From: a virus
DNA: 64,000 nucleotides
Virus record (IMG/VR): IMGVR_UViG_3300028287_000410
Location: 1-64,000 of that record
Strand: one strand, 5' to 3'
The notes below the pieces were generated by a model, which saw only the letters and a list, made by a program, of their open reading frames with translations, did no database searches and was not told where the DNA came from. Shown one piece after another: positions 47,894 to 58,438 of the stretch. The translations under genes were made by a program, and so were the position numbers. Numbering within the stretch: the first letter of the stretch is position 1; each line of letters opens with the position of its first letter.

Positions 47894-49115
47894 ATTCGTT
47901 CATCTCCGTATCTTCAAAGTTCTCTTCGCCGTTGCCTCTGAAGTCTAATTCTTTACCACAAGTCTTACCGCAAATCCAAAGACGTTCATCTGAATTTGTT
48001 TCCCAGCTTGCTACTAAGTCATTTGCAAAATATGGGGTTTTGAGTATATCAAATAATGAATGTTTTGATAAATCATTGAAATCTTTGCCATATCGTTTCC
48101 ACATATTCTTATTGTCTTCGATACGTCTTGGCGTTGCCATATCGTGTCCTATTTTACTATAGTAATGTCCCTGCCAACAGCAAGGCCATACTTTACCCTG
48201 ATAATCGATAAAAATACTCTTATCTCTTTTAGTTTGACATGCTATTTCTGTAACCTTTACATAATTATCAAACCCTTTGTGCTTTTTAATTACATCATCT
48301 ACTTTATTAGTAGTATTAGATTTTGTTTTTGTAGGTTCTGCTAAAATAGTTGCAAGTGCTTTCTCTTTTTGTTCTGTTGTCTTACTTTCAATTTTCTTTT
48401 TGTTTTTTGCTACATGTTGTTTAGCAACAAATGTTAATTCTTTTTTAGTTTCAATAGCTTCGACTTCTTCTCCCTCGTAATGTGTAGGGATAACATATCT
48501 ATTTGATTTCTTATATCTAAACTTGACAAAGCCCATGTCTTCTGCTAGTTGTCTCGCTTCATCTATCTGATGCTCATTGTGTGCAAAGCCTATGAAGTCC
48601 CAACGTGCAATGCCACCATTAGCAATGAATGCTTTTGCATTACGCATAATAATATTCCACTTAGAATTCACACGATACAAATGATTAGTGTCTTCTAGTC
48701 CATCGATAGCAAAGATAACCTTGTCTGGCTTTCGCATAATAGATGCAAGTTCAATCCACCACGCTTCCGTCTGTGCAGAACCGTTTGTACTCAACGTAAC
48801 TTGTGCTACTCCCATATCTTTGCACATCTTTACCACTTCTAGTAAATATGGATACATGATAGGATCACCGTAGTTCCCATTAATGAATACGTGATTAGGA
48901 AGAAACGGTTTCATGTCTTCCAATGCTTGTTGTATTACTCTAGGATCAGTATCAGTTAAGTCTAAATCATCACGCTTCTTTAGCTTTATGTTATCTCCAT
49001 CCATGCCAGTTGTTCTTCCGCACATCGGGCACAGTAAGTTGCACCTAGAAGTAAGTTCTAAATGCATCACACCTACATCAAATTTGATGTACTCTAAGTT
49101 CTCTGATTTCGCCAT
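47880..49115 (-). CDS. Radical SAM/SPASM protein
   Basis: CNLLCPMC, GNYGDP and GKVWPCC...CGKTCG motifs. Confidence 0.9.
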   Translation of the reverse strand: MAKSENLEYIKFDVGVMHLELTSRCNLLCPMCGRTTGMDGDNIKLKKRDDLDLTDTDPRVIQQALEDMKPFLPNHVFINGNYGDPIMYPYLLEVVKMCKDMGVAQVTLSTNGSAQTEAWWIELASIMRKPDKVIFAIDGLEDTNHLYRVNSKWNIIMRNAKAFIANGGIARWDFIGFAHNEHQIDEARQLAEDMGFVKFRYKKSNRYVIPTHYEGEEVEAIETKKELTFVAKQHVAKNKKKIESKTTEQKEKALATILAEPTKTKSNTTNKVDDVIKKHKGFDNYVKVTEIACQTKRDKSIFIDYQGKVWPCCWQGHYYSKIGHDMATPRRIEDNKNMWKRYGKDFNDLSKHSLFDILKTPYFANDLVASWETNSDERLWICGKTCGKELDFRGNGEENFEDTEMNEYAKE

Positions 49116-50689
49116 CTTAAAAATATTTCTTTAGGTAAGTTTCTGTATGCATGATTCAGTTCTTTAATTTGCATTCCTCTAGTAGGAGTGCCGTCCCAGT
49201 CAGCACTATGTAATCGAATTCTATTGTTTAATTTACTAACATCATTAACAAAACGTTTGTATACGTCCCGTCTTTCTTCATATGATTTAATCCACATTGT
49301 GTAACGTGTAGTTATATAGTTACTACTCCACATAACATCCTCAGTTGTATCATCTTGTGTAGTGTCGATCATTGGAAGTAAAGAACTCCAGTCAGTGATT
49401 AAGTTTGCTTGTGTATATGTTACTTTATTATCCCTTACTCTTTCAAAGAACTCATACCATTCTTCCATGCTGTTAAAGATACGCAAGATACTTGCTTCGT
49501 ATGCTTCTTTAGCACGTTCACGTTCTGATGCCCAGTCCTCAGACATATAATCGAAATCTTCATATATAGAGATTAACCCTATATCTTTATTATAATAGTT
49601 TTCTTTCAAAAAGTCAAGATACATATTAAAGTTTCTTGGATCCCATTCTTCATGGACCCACTTGCGTACATCTAATGCATTTTGTGAAATGTCAAAGTAA
49701 TTAATATTAACTGCGTCTATGTCTGTATCAGCATGCCAGTTTCTTAGAAAAGCAAATGTTTTAAATCCTGCTGCAACTGAATACACGTTACGCAACGGCT
49801 TTTTGTTAGGTACCATTTGAATATCGTTTACACTTTCTGTATTTAATATCCACATGGCATGAGGAGAACGTTCAACTGTAAATTGCTGATAACGTAGGAA
49901 TGCAGATTTAGAATCGCCCAAGTCTGACTCCCAATGTTTAAAGTCAGCACATCCTTCTTTAAAGAATTGTTTAAACTCAGTTTGTTCTTCTTTAATTTCT
50001 GGATATAAGTATGTCTTTGTAGCTCTTACATCTTCATCAAAGTTTCCTATAGCAATGCCATTCTCTAGACTAGTGTTTATAAAGTTCCACCCAAATCCAG
50101 TACGAGTAATTTTTTCATAAGCTGGTCCGGGTGCAATATACTTAGGAGTATGCTCATCGTGAAAGTTCTCTATACTACGAAGTGCTTGTCTTACTTCTGT
50201 AGGACGAACACTAAAATCACCGAATGCAGGCTCTCCTAGTTCTTTCCATAATTTATAATTGATTATAAAACATTGCTCATGAAATCTGAACCATCTATCT
50301 TTATGACGTTCATCAAGTATATGTCCCAATATTAGGAATTCATTATTCTGTGCCTTAGGTAAGTATTCGTGATTGCAGTATTCTCTGAATAAACTATATC
50401 CGTGTTCTAGTGGCTTCCAAGCATCATAAAATATATTACCGTATGCTTGAACTACAACCATATCAATATCAGATTCTTTATCATCTGTTTTCATTGCTTG
50501 TAAAATTTTATCTACACTGTCTTCTTCGTAAATAGTATGCTTAAAAAAACTATAATTATTTCGCAAGAAATTATAAGTGATTGCTTTCATGTAATCACTA
50601 ATTTCAGTATCACCTATTGTTTTAGATGTATCTAATACAGCACATCTAATCTGTGGATAAAAGTTATATGATCTTTGTTGCTTCTTCAT
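49094..50689 (-). CDS. Hypothetical 531-aa protein (possible GT-like N-terminus and Rossmann-like C-terminus)
   Basis: Long ORF in the operon; YSVAAGFK...YFDISQNAL segment; weak. Confidence 0.55.
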   Translation of the reverse strand: MKKQQRSYNFYPQIRCAVLDTSKTIGDTEISDYMKAITYNFLRNNYSFFKHTIYEEDSVDKILQAMKTDDKESDIDMVVVQAYGNIFYDAWKPLEHGYSLFREYCNHEYLPKAQNNEFLILGHILDERHKDRWFRFHEQCFIINYKLWKELGEPAFGDFSVRPTEVRQALRSIENFHDEHTPKYIAPGPAYEKITRTGFGWNFINTSLENGIAIGNFDEDVRATKTYLYPEIKEEQTEFKQFFKEGCADFKHWESDLGDSKSAFLRYQQFTVERSPHAMWILNTESVNDIQMVPNKKPLRNVYSVAAGFKTFAFLRNWHADTDIDAVNINYFDISQNALDVRKWVHEEWDPRNFNMYLDFLKENYYNKDIGLISIYEDFDYMSEDWASERERAKEAYEASILRIFNSMEEWYEFFERVRDNKVTYTQANLITDWSSLLPMIDTTQDDTTEDVMWSSNYITTRYTMWIKSYEERRDVYKRFVNDVSKLNNRIRLHSADWDGTPTRGMQIKELNHAYRNLPKEIFLRWRNQRT

Positions 50690-51486
50690 TTTGTTGTTTT
50701 AGCCCAACTCTTTAAAATTAAATCTTCAAAATCTGATCCACCATATTGTCCATGAACAATCATATGCACACGAACTTCATCAGTATCATTCATTACTGCA
50801 TGACGATGACCTACATTCATCTTAAACATATTACCTGGCTTCCACGGAACATACGCATTGTCATCAATCATTTTAAAATGACAATTTTCTGGATTGTTCA
50901 ACGATATATTTAGTGGTCCTAATTTGTTGTGTTCATAATCTGTATGTGGTGTTATATAACCTCCCGGCTCTAAGTACATGTAACGAACTCTATCGAATGC
51001 TCTGTAACCCGGAATAGATTTAATCATCTTAACAGTCTCTGGACATTTATCTGCAATTTCAGTCCAATGATATGCTGCTCTTGCTTCACGTTCATCTGCA
51101 TACACAAAGCCTGCTGCGGCAACATCTTTACTATCCCAATGTTGAGATACATGCTTACCTAACCCATGTAGTGTCAGGGAGCGCCATCCTCTGTGTCCAT
51201 AGTCATCGGGGTTGTTCTCATCATAATCGTTCTTTCTATGTTGAATTGCTTCATCGTAAACTGCCATTGCTTCATTATAACATGCATTCCAATCAAACTC
51301 AGGGACATCTAATTTTAACCATGGGATACCTGACTCGTGTGTAACCCATTTTGCTTGTCTGAAACGTGCTGATGGTGGGAATCTAGGCTCATTCATCATA
51401 GCATCTACAAATGTACCTGGCATCGTATCAAAGCTATAACTATTTCTATCTTTAAAATGTTCTTCTATTGTTTTTGGGTATTCCAT
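50686..51486 (-). CDS. Aspartyl/asparaginyl beta-hydroxylase-like 2OG-Fe(II) oxygenase
   Basis: LEPGGYITPHTD, HRHAVMN and RVHMIVH motifs. Confidence 0.8.
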   Translation of the reverse strand: MEYPKTIEEHFKDRNSYSFDTMPGTFVDAMMNEPRFPPSARFRQAKWVTHESGIPWLKLDVPEFDWNACYNEAMAVYDEAIQHRKNDYDENNPDDYGHRGWRSLTLHGLGKHVSQHWDSKDVAAAGFVYADEREARAAYHWTEIADKCPETVKMIKSIPGYRAFDRVRYMYLEPGGYITPHTDYEHNKLGPLNISLNNPENCHFKMIDDNAYVPWKPGNMFKMNVGHRHAVMNDTDEVRVHMIVHGQYGGSDFEDLILKSWAKTTK

Positions 51487-52142
51487 TATACCAATCTCCC
51501 GAATGCCCATTTACGTTCTTCGCACCACCAACATTTACCACAATGTCCAGTGACTGGGTCTTCTATGTTTTCAAAATAATTACTAGTAGGATCATATTCA
51601 CAACTTCTAGTAATCGGATAAAGTTCTTCAAGTAAATTTGCTTCTTTATACATTTCTGCAATTTTTAGTTTATCGGAATTAAACCATGGCGTGTAAAATG
51701 TATTATTATGATGCATATATGGATTGTTGCCTGGTGTTCTGTTTGTTTCTGTAACTGGCAATCCAAATGTATCTGTGACTTCTTTTGGAGGGTTTGATGT
51801 TATACCAGTATATATAATTCCTGTTGTGTTACTATCTAAGTATACCTGCAATTTAGGAAATAATTCTTCACGTGTTTGTATTTCACAGTAACTAATATGA
51901 TGTTCAATATTACTATTACTAGTTAACTGAATAATTTTCTCTACTACATTTACTGCCGCTTGAACATTATATCTTGATCTCTGATTATTACCAGTAGTAA
52001 AGATATGTATTGTATCTTCTTTTTCTCGCATTAAATGATAAAGCAAAATAGAACTATCTGCTCCGCCGCTACAACTCACTCCGATCGGACCAGAGTGAAT
52101 ATCTAAGTTTACACCAGCTGGAGAAATAGAGTAATTAATCAT
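51486..52142 (-). CDS. QueC-like PP-loop ATPase
   Basis: SGGADSS PP-loop; TRSC...HCGKCWWCEER Zn-type motif. Confidence 0.8.
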   Translation of the reverse strand: MINYSISPAGVNLDIHSGPIGVSCSGGADSSILLYHLMREKEDTIHIFTTGNNQRSRYNVQAAVNVVEKIIQLTSNSNIEHHISYCEIQTREELFPKLQVYLDSNTTGIIYTGITSNPPKEVTDTFGLPVTETNRTPGNNPYMHHNNTFYTPWFNSDKLKIAEMYKEANLLEELYPITRSCEYDPTSNYFENIEDPVTGHCGKCWWCEERKWAFGRLV

Positions 52143-53697
52143 CAGTATCCAACTCCTGCTGATTAACGTGAAATCCGTTATCTTCTAGTTCTTTTAATAG
52201 TCTGTCATCAAACTCACCATCCCAGTCATCGCCTGCTTCTGGAGTCCAATCTAGTAATGGTGCCATCTCAGGGAATACATCTCTGAAGTTTGTATCTCTG
52301 ATAGCATCCATCTTTTCAATATATTCGATAAATTCTGGCATACGTTCACGTGACCAGTCGCCGCTTGTCATAAATGATATCATACCGCGTAGACGCTTCA
52401 CACCATAAGCAGCATGTAACCACTCATCTTTTCTTACTTGTGATTCAGTTACACCATCGCATTTTTCCCAGTTCTCTTCTAACCATTCGATAAATGTATC
52501 GAACTTAGCCGCACACATTTGCTTGAACCAGTTAGGAAGAACTTTGACGTTTAGATGTGGTGGGTGATAAACAAAGTGATAGTTAATCATGCCTGCGCCC
52601 AAAGGCCATAAGTTAATTTTCTTAAAGTTTTGTTCAATTTTCCACTTGACAAAATCAGGAAGATAGTATATGTTTAGTGCTTGTACAGCACAGGCTACTG
52701 TAACTTCTACGTTAGGACCTGTATTGTCTAGCACATGAAACATATCTACAGTATGTTGCCAAGTTGATGGGAAACGAATGTAATCATTCATCTCGCCGAT
52801 TGAATCAACTGAATAATGAAAACGTACACGCTTGAATAGTTTCCATAAGTCGAACAAACGCTGTGGCATCTCTAAGCCATTGGAGTTATAGCGTAGTTCG
52901 ATCTGTGGAGCGTATCCTCTACGAACAACTTCTTCAAGTAGAGTGTAATGCTCTTCAATAATTGTTGCTTCACCACCAGCAAAGTATAGTTGCTTCATGT
53001 GTGGGATTTGCTCATACAATTGTTCCCAGAATGCTTCATTCTTTTTATGCCAGTTGTAACTCGCGCCATCAATCTGACCTTTGTTGCCCCACTGCATTGT
53101 TTCTTTCAGTGATTCGTTTTCAATAGTTGGATGTAATTTAAGCCAATCTTTAACCCACATTGAACTATCGTGCGGTGAACACATAATACATTTCAAGTTA
53201 CATTTTGAACCAAGACGTAAATCTAAGTATCTGATCTTCGGAGGGATTTCACCTTCGTCAGATGTCTCATCGATGATTTGTTCCATATCTACTCGGCGTG
53301 ACCAGTACTCAGTTTCCCAAAAACGCTTAGACATATGACCAGCATCTTCTTCGTTGTAGCATTTAATACACGACGGCGGTTTTTTATTATTAAGCATCTG
53401 CTTTCGAACATTTTTCATGTAATCATTATTCCATGATGACATTAAATCTGTATGGTTCAAGTTTGCAGGTTTACCATCTGCATTCTTTAGAACTCCTACT
53501 TCACCGCCATGTTCTTTATCATTCGTTGGTCCAACAGAACTCGCATTCGCTGTACAACAAACTCGCATATGCCCATTTGGACGAGTAGACAAGTGTACCC
53601 ATGGTAGTAAACAAAATGTATCGCTAGGTGCGTATGGCACTCGCTTACGAAACTCTGCTAAATTCTTATTAAGTTCTTCTGATTTGTTGTCGGACAT
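52135..53697 (-). CDS. Radical SAM protein with N-terminal twitch domain; start revised to 53697
   Basis: FCLLPW...RVCC...CIKC, CNLKCIMC and AGGE motifs; GGAG SD and GATAAATA (53726-53733, minus strand) upstream. Confidence 0.9.
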   Translation of the reverse strand: MSDNKSEELNKNLAEFRKRVPYAPSDTFCLLPWVHLSTRPNGHMRVCCTANASSVGPTNDKEHGGEVGVLKNADGKPANLNHTDLMSSWNNDYMKNVRKQMLNNKKPPSCIKCYNEEDAGHMSKRFWETEYWSRRVDMEQIIDETSDEGEIPPKIRYLDLRLGSKCNLKCIMCSPHDSSMWVKDWLKLHPTIENESLKETMQWGNKGQIDGASYNWHKKNEAFWEQLYEQIPHMKQLYFAGGEATIIEEHYTLLEEVVRRGYAPQIELRYNSNGLEMPQRLFDLWKLFKRVRFHYSVDSIGEMNDYIRFPSTWQHTVDMFHVLDNTGPNVEVTVACAVQALNIYYLPDFVKWKIEQNFKKINLWPLGAGMINYHFVYHPPHLNVKVLPNWFKQMCAAKFDTFIEWLEENWEKCDGVTESQVRKDEWLHAAYGVKRLRGMISFMTSGDWSRERMPEFIEYIEKMDAIRDTNFRDVFPEMAPLLDWTPEAGDDWDGEFDDRLLKELEDNGFHVNQQELDTDD

Positions 53698-53728
53698 ATT
53701 AACTCCAATACTTTGATTATGTACGTAT

Positions 53729-54745
53729 TTATCTTTTAGTTTTAGCTGTCTCAATGTCAGCAATACAACTGCACCAATCCCATTTACAGACTGTAGGTTC
53801 CACTGGGAATAGTATATCATGTGGGAAATCAATATGACCGTGACTACATTCATGATTACAACTGCTTCCAGATGTTACATTTCCGTCCATTGTAATCACA
53901 ATCGTTTCAAGTCCGATATTACATTTCCAACCCTTCCAAGTATTTTTACCTGTGCGCATTAGTTCGTTTGGTGTTACTTCTACGGTCTCTTTATTATTCT
54001 TAAATTTTAACCTTTTAGCAAACATGTTTTTTTGTTCATCGTCTGATAAATTGTTGATTGTCCAAACAGGTATATCATCAAATTTAAGTATATCGTCTAG
54101 ATATTCGTTGTCGTATTTGAATGTCTCATGTGAACCTAAAGTCTTGCGTAAAGTTTTAATTATCACACTATTGCATTTAGAATTGTTATAAAAATATTCT
54201 GCGGCTTCTCTACATTTATCAAGATGTAATGGATAGAGACATACTTGTATCGTATGAAATACTCCGTGTTCTCTAAGAATACTTGACACATCACAAATAT
54301 GATTTATGTCTGCACTTTCTGGGTGATAACTTATAACAATATCATCTAAGAACGGTGACGCTTTTGCCCACCAATTTAAAGTTCTTGACCCATTAGTTAA
54401 TACACGAATTCTGTTATCAGGATCATATTCTTTGAGTCTTGAAATGAAAGGTATAAAATCTTTCCATACAGTTGGCTCACCGCCTAGCAAGTTCCATAAC
54501 AATTGCTTGCCTAAACTTTTATAATGTATAGTTGCAACTCTGCAAAACTCTAATGCAGTATCTATGGACTTCCATTGCACACTACCATCATTAGCATAAT
54601 CGTCACAATATGTACAGCTATAGTTACATACATTTCCCATATTCCAATCAATCGTAACAAAATCAACATCGGACGAACTCACTAGTTCGTCATACTGATT
54701 AAGTAGACTGGTATCTGGTTCTGTAATAAACTTTATTTCTTGCAT
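53729..54745 (-). CDS. Radical SAM protein with C-terminal Cys cluster
   Basis: CNYSCTYC, LGGEPT and WKCNIG...CKWDWCSC motifs. Confidence 0.88.
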   Translation of the reverse strand: MQEIKFITEPDTSLLNQYDELVSSSDVDFVTIDWNMGNVCNYSCTYCDDYANDGSVQWKSIDTALEFCRVATIHYKSLGKQLLWNLLGGEPTVWKDFIPFISRLKEYDPDNRIRVLTNGSRTLNWWAKASPFLDDIVISYHPESADINHICDVSSILREHGVFHTIQVCLYPLHLDKCREAAEYFYNNSKCNSVIIKTLRKTLGSHETFKYDNEYLDDILKFDDIPVWTINNLSDDEQKNMFAKRLKFKNNKETVEVTPNELMRTGKNTWKGWKCNIGLETIVITMDGNVTSGSSCNHECSHGHIDFPHDILFPVEPTVCKWDWCSCIADIETAKTKR

Positions 54746-55833
54746 TATTTGAACTGTTCAGCAAACGCATCAAACTCTTTACCGCACTTTTGAGAACATA
54801 CCATCGGCTTACCAGTATGTGTATTAGGTTTACCCCAACTGTCAACCAAGTTCTTAGAAAAATAATCATTCTCTAGTACTGCTTTAAGGCCATGTGCCTT
54901 AGCATCGAATGCATCTTTGCCGCCACTCTGCTGAATTAGTTCCCACACTTGGTTTTGACCAGGCTTCTGCCACCACTTATACATGTTACCTGCAACCCAA
55001 CAACAAGGTAGCACAAGACCTTCTGCACTCAAATACATATTCTTTTCTTTAGCAACCTTACAGCTAATCTCTACATTATCAAAATATTGTTCTAATGAAC
55101 CATGCTTTTCTTTCAGTTCAGTAATCTTATCTAATGCTTTGTTCTGATACTTAACTTCTTTTGGCTTCGCAAGTAACTGTTGCTTTTCACCTTTTCGGTT
55201 CATAGCTTGATGTTCCTCTTTGCCTGCTACTTTCATAGTAGAAAAGAAACGCCCAGTCTTCTTTGGAATAAACTTACGAAAGCCTACTTTCTCAGCAAGC
55301 GCACGTGCCTCTTCTACTTGATGTTCATTGTGTTCAAAGATTAAGTAATCCCATTCTGCTTTACCACCTGCTTCGATAAATGCAAGCGCATTTTCCCAAG
55401 CGATATCCCAGTTAACACCCTGACGATATAAGTGATTAGTATCACCTAGTCCGTCAAATGAAAACTTTAGATAACTCCAGTTACCAAGTGTCTTTGCAAG
55501 TTCGCGCCACCAATCGGGCTTCTTAGCGCCTGCATTAGTATTCATACCAAGAGTAAGCTCTTTCTTACATGAACGGAAATACTGAAATACTTCTAGTGTA
55601 TCTTTAGCAACGATAGGGTCACCAAAGTTACCACACATATAAATTCTGTCAAGTTGCTTGACAAACTCTGGTGGCATAATTCGTCGTACATCTTCAAGCG
55701 ACAATTCATGCAACCCTAGATTTGGATTGTCTGCTCCGCCATTTTGATTTCTATCACACATAGGACATGTCGCTTGGCACTTCTCTGTGATTTCTAAATG
55801 AACAACTCTTACGTCTTCATATCCGTATATCAT
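54745..55833 (-). CDS. Radical SAM/SPASM protein, paralog of 47880-49115
   Basis: CQATCPMC, CGNFGDP and GLVLPCC...CSQKCG motifs. Confidence 0.9.
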   Translation of the reverse strand: MIYGYEDVRVVHLEITEKCQATCPMCDRNQNGGADNPNLGLHELSLEDVRRIMPPEFVKQLDRIYMCGNFGDPIVAKDTLEVFQYFRSCKKELTLGMNTNAGAKKPDWWRELAKTLGNWSYLKFSFDGLGDTNHLYRQGVNWDIAWENALAFIEAGGKAEWDYLIFEHNEHQVEEARALAEKVGFRKFIPKKTGRFFSTMKVAGKEEHQAMNRKGEKQQLLAKPKEVKYQNKALDKITELKEKHGSLEQYFDNVEISCKVAKEKNMYLSAEGLVLPCCWVAGNMYKWWQKPGQNQVWELIQQSGGKDAFDAKAHGLKAVLENDYFSKNLVDSWGKPNTHTGKPMVCSQKCGKEFDAFAEQFK

Positions 55834-57028
55834 TGTAATCCTCTTTTATAAAATCCCATATTTCTGGGACGTAATCCTTAATATGTTGATTTCGAACTTT
55901 ATCGATAATCTTTGTATGTCTTGCTAAATGAATTGGATCTAATTCGTCTTCGTCTTCATATATTTTTTCTAATACAGGCAACACTTTATTTTTAATTTGT
56001 GTCCTAGATAAGTCTTCGTGAATATCCATATTCTCTATTAGTTTAATCATAACAGGTATACGCTTTTTTCGTATAATCTTTGGTATAGATTTACAACTTA
56101 ATGCTTCTGGATACATCAGTAATTCAGGGCGAATATACACTCCTTTATTATTACTCCATACTATAGAATCAATAAGATTGAAAAAGTTGTATGCTTGTAT
56201 AGTATAGCTTATTTCACCGTACAAAGCAAGGTTGTTATAAGTTATTATATTCTTATTTATTGATTTAAATTTTACTGGATGCCTGATGTATTCAACCACC
56301 TTATCAATGCCATCGACACTGTAATTAAATGTTATTTGATTGAACTTAGAAATCTTTTCTATAAATCTGTTGTTATCATTTGTTAAGTTTGTAGTAAAGT
56401 GTATCGGAACATCAAGCATATCACGTTCAATGAGAATGTCAAGAAACTTATCTACTTCTGGCATAATAGTTGGTTCACCACCAAGAAACTTAACTCGCTT
56501 GCCCTTCTCTGCATTCTCTAATAAGAACTCTATATTCTCTTGTATATCTAATGTGTTTGTAACATCGATATTACCAGCGCCCATAATAGATTCCATTATA
56601 GCGTTATTCTTTATCTCTTTTTGTAATTGAGAACTACACGCAGGTCCGCACATTCTACATGCTAGATTACATAAATTACCCGGACGTATATCTAAATCGA
56701 TAGGAGAACCATACTGATTGCCATTACCTATATTAGGTAAGATATTTTCATCCTGATATAAATCGGCAAATCTAGTTCTATCACTTTTTCCGCCACTATC
56801 TTCAAGTGAGAAACATTTCACACAAATATCTGGACGTTTGTTATCTAAGAATTCAGTTCTTATATTTCTTAGATGCTCATTTGTCCATCTAGTTTTCAAA
56901 TTAGTTTCAGTATCTGGTGTTGCCACTGAGTGTTCTGTTGTCATACAACATACACGTTCACCCTCATTGCTATGTACATACATATGTACAAAGGGAGCAT
57001 AACAGAAATTATTAGGCAACTCAGACAA
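55817..57028 (-). CDS. Radical SAM protein with N-terminal twitch domain
   Basis: FCYAPF...RVCC...CVKC, CNLACRMC and LGGEPT motifs. Confidence 0.9.
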   Translation of the reverse strand: MSELPNNFCYAPFVHMYVHSNEGERVCCMTTEHSVATPDTETNLKTRWTNEHLRNIRTEFLDNKRPDICVKCFSLEDSGGKSDRTRFADLYQDENILPNIGNGNQYGSPIDLDIRPGNLCNLACRMCGPACSSQLQKEIKNNAIMESIMGAGNIDVTNTLDIQENIEFLLENAEKGKRVKFLGGEPTIMPEVDKFLDILIERDMLDVPIHFTTNLTNDNNRFIEKISKFNQITFNYSVDGIDKVVEYIRHPVKFKSINKNIITYNNLALYGEISYTIQAYNFFNLIDSIVWSNNKGVYIRPELLMYPEALSCKSIPKIIRKKRIPVMIKLIENMDIHEDLSRTQIKNKVLPVLEKIYEDEDELDPIHLARHTKIIDKVRNQHIKDYVPEIWDFIKEDYNDIRI

Positions 57029-58438
57029 TTATTTTCTCCCGATTACCATATATCTATCATACTTTTCCAAGTTAAGTGTGCCTTTGAAGATTATTTCTGA
57101 AAGATTTAGTTTTTCTACCCAATCTTTCTCACTTGAAATTACGTTTACAACAGTTTCATCATCATGCTCTACAAAGTTATTGTTTTGCATAATGACAAGA
57201 GTTCCTTTTGGGATACCAGAGAACCATTCATCAAAATTTTCAATGTGTTCGCAACTAGTATTTATTACACATGTAGGAGCATCAATCTCATGTAGCGTTT
57301 CAGTCCGTTCAAATGTAGTGGCATCGCTGTACTTGTAATGATTGATTGGAAGAGTTTGTGGTTCATACTTTAATCCACGTACATCATTTACAAAACTCTT
57401 AAAGCGCATACCGTCCATGATGTATTCTTTGTTTAGTGTGTCTGCTGGATTATCCGTGCTTGGGTCCATGTCGAAACTATACACATGTTTGATATTTTTA
57501 ACTCTTTCAAACAATAATGCGCTCAATACACCATACCAACCTGCACAAACATATACGTTTTCGCCCAAATCAAGTTCTAGTGCATTTACCATATCAACTA
57601 ACCAAGCCTTTGAACGCAATTGTCCACGTGAGAATGCATCAGTCAATGCTTGTCCTTCGAAACGATTAATCATTTTTTTCATGTTAGTTGGGATAATGAA
57701 TTTGTTCCCTGTAATGAAATCAACTGTTTCTGCTATCTTCGTTTTCATCAGCGTATTAGATTTAAGTAAAGCAATCTCTGCACAGTCTGGATTGATAGCT
57801 TGTATCACTTTAAACAGCAAGAATAAATCTGGCTCTGCTTCAACTGCAACGATATTCTTTAACGCATCTAAGATTTCTTCTGTCGGGTCTGGCAATGAAG
57901 ATACTAATCTGAATAGAAGCTCTGTCTGTAACATGACGAAACGATTAGTCCCACATGCATTCTTTAATGCACCAAGTGCCTCACTCTCTCCCAATGCACG
58001 TTCAATCACATTGAATAGAACAAAGATGTTATCACGTGAGAATTCGCCGTCGCCACATGTGATGTTCTTTAGGTTATCAATGAAGTCTGTTTCATCTGGG
58101 TACATGCCATGTAGAACTCTGAATACAAGATATAGCTTTTGTCTGTCTGGTGTGTCAACTGCCATAAAGTTTCGTAGAGCATCTAGTGCATCATCATCCT
58201 GAGAAATAATATTGATTACTTTGAATAGAACAAATACGTTATCATCCTCTGTACGTTCATACACAAGGTTCATTAGCGCACGAATTGTTTCACTGTATTC
58301 TCTGCCCAAGAGTACTTGTGCAAGTGTAAAAATACTACTAAGCTCTTCTGTGTTTACTACTCGTTCTAATTCTTTTATATGAGGGTATGTTTCACCGTAT
58401 AATAAACTTAGCCTGTCTGCGATTTGATATGGTTTCAT
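57029..58438 (-). CDS. Helical-repeat protein with C-terminal class I SAM methyltransferase-like domain
   Basis: Repeated F.LF.VI...ALKN units; VYVCAGWYG, SFDMD and INTSCEH motifs. Confidence 0.65.
   Translation of the reverse strand: MKPYQIADRLSLLYGETYPHIKELERVVNTEELSSIFTLAQVLLGREYSETIRALMNLVYERTEDDNVFVLFKVINIISQDDDALDALRNFMAVDTPDRQKLYLVFRVLHGMYPDETDFIDNLKNITCGDGEFSRDNIFVLFNVIERALGESEALGALKNACGTNRFVMLQTELLFRLVSSLPDPTEEILDALKNIVAVEAEPDLFLLFKVIQAINPDCAEIALLKSNTLMKTKIAETVDFITGNKFIIPTNMKKMINRFEGQALTDAFSRGQLRSKAWLVDMVNALELDLGENVYVCAGWYGVLSALLFERVKNIKHVYSFDMDPSTDNPADTLNKEYIMDGMRFKSFVNDVRGLKYEPQTLPINHYKYSDATTFERTETLHEIDAPTCVINTSCEHIENFDEWFSGIPKGTLVIMQNNNFVEHDDETVVNVISSEKDWVEKLNLSEIIFKGTLNLEKYDRYMVIGRK

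Noticed and set aside
57342-58202. 286-aa plus-strand ORF
   Set aside because: Antisense shadow of the methyltransferase-like gene; no SD or motifs
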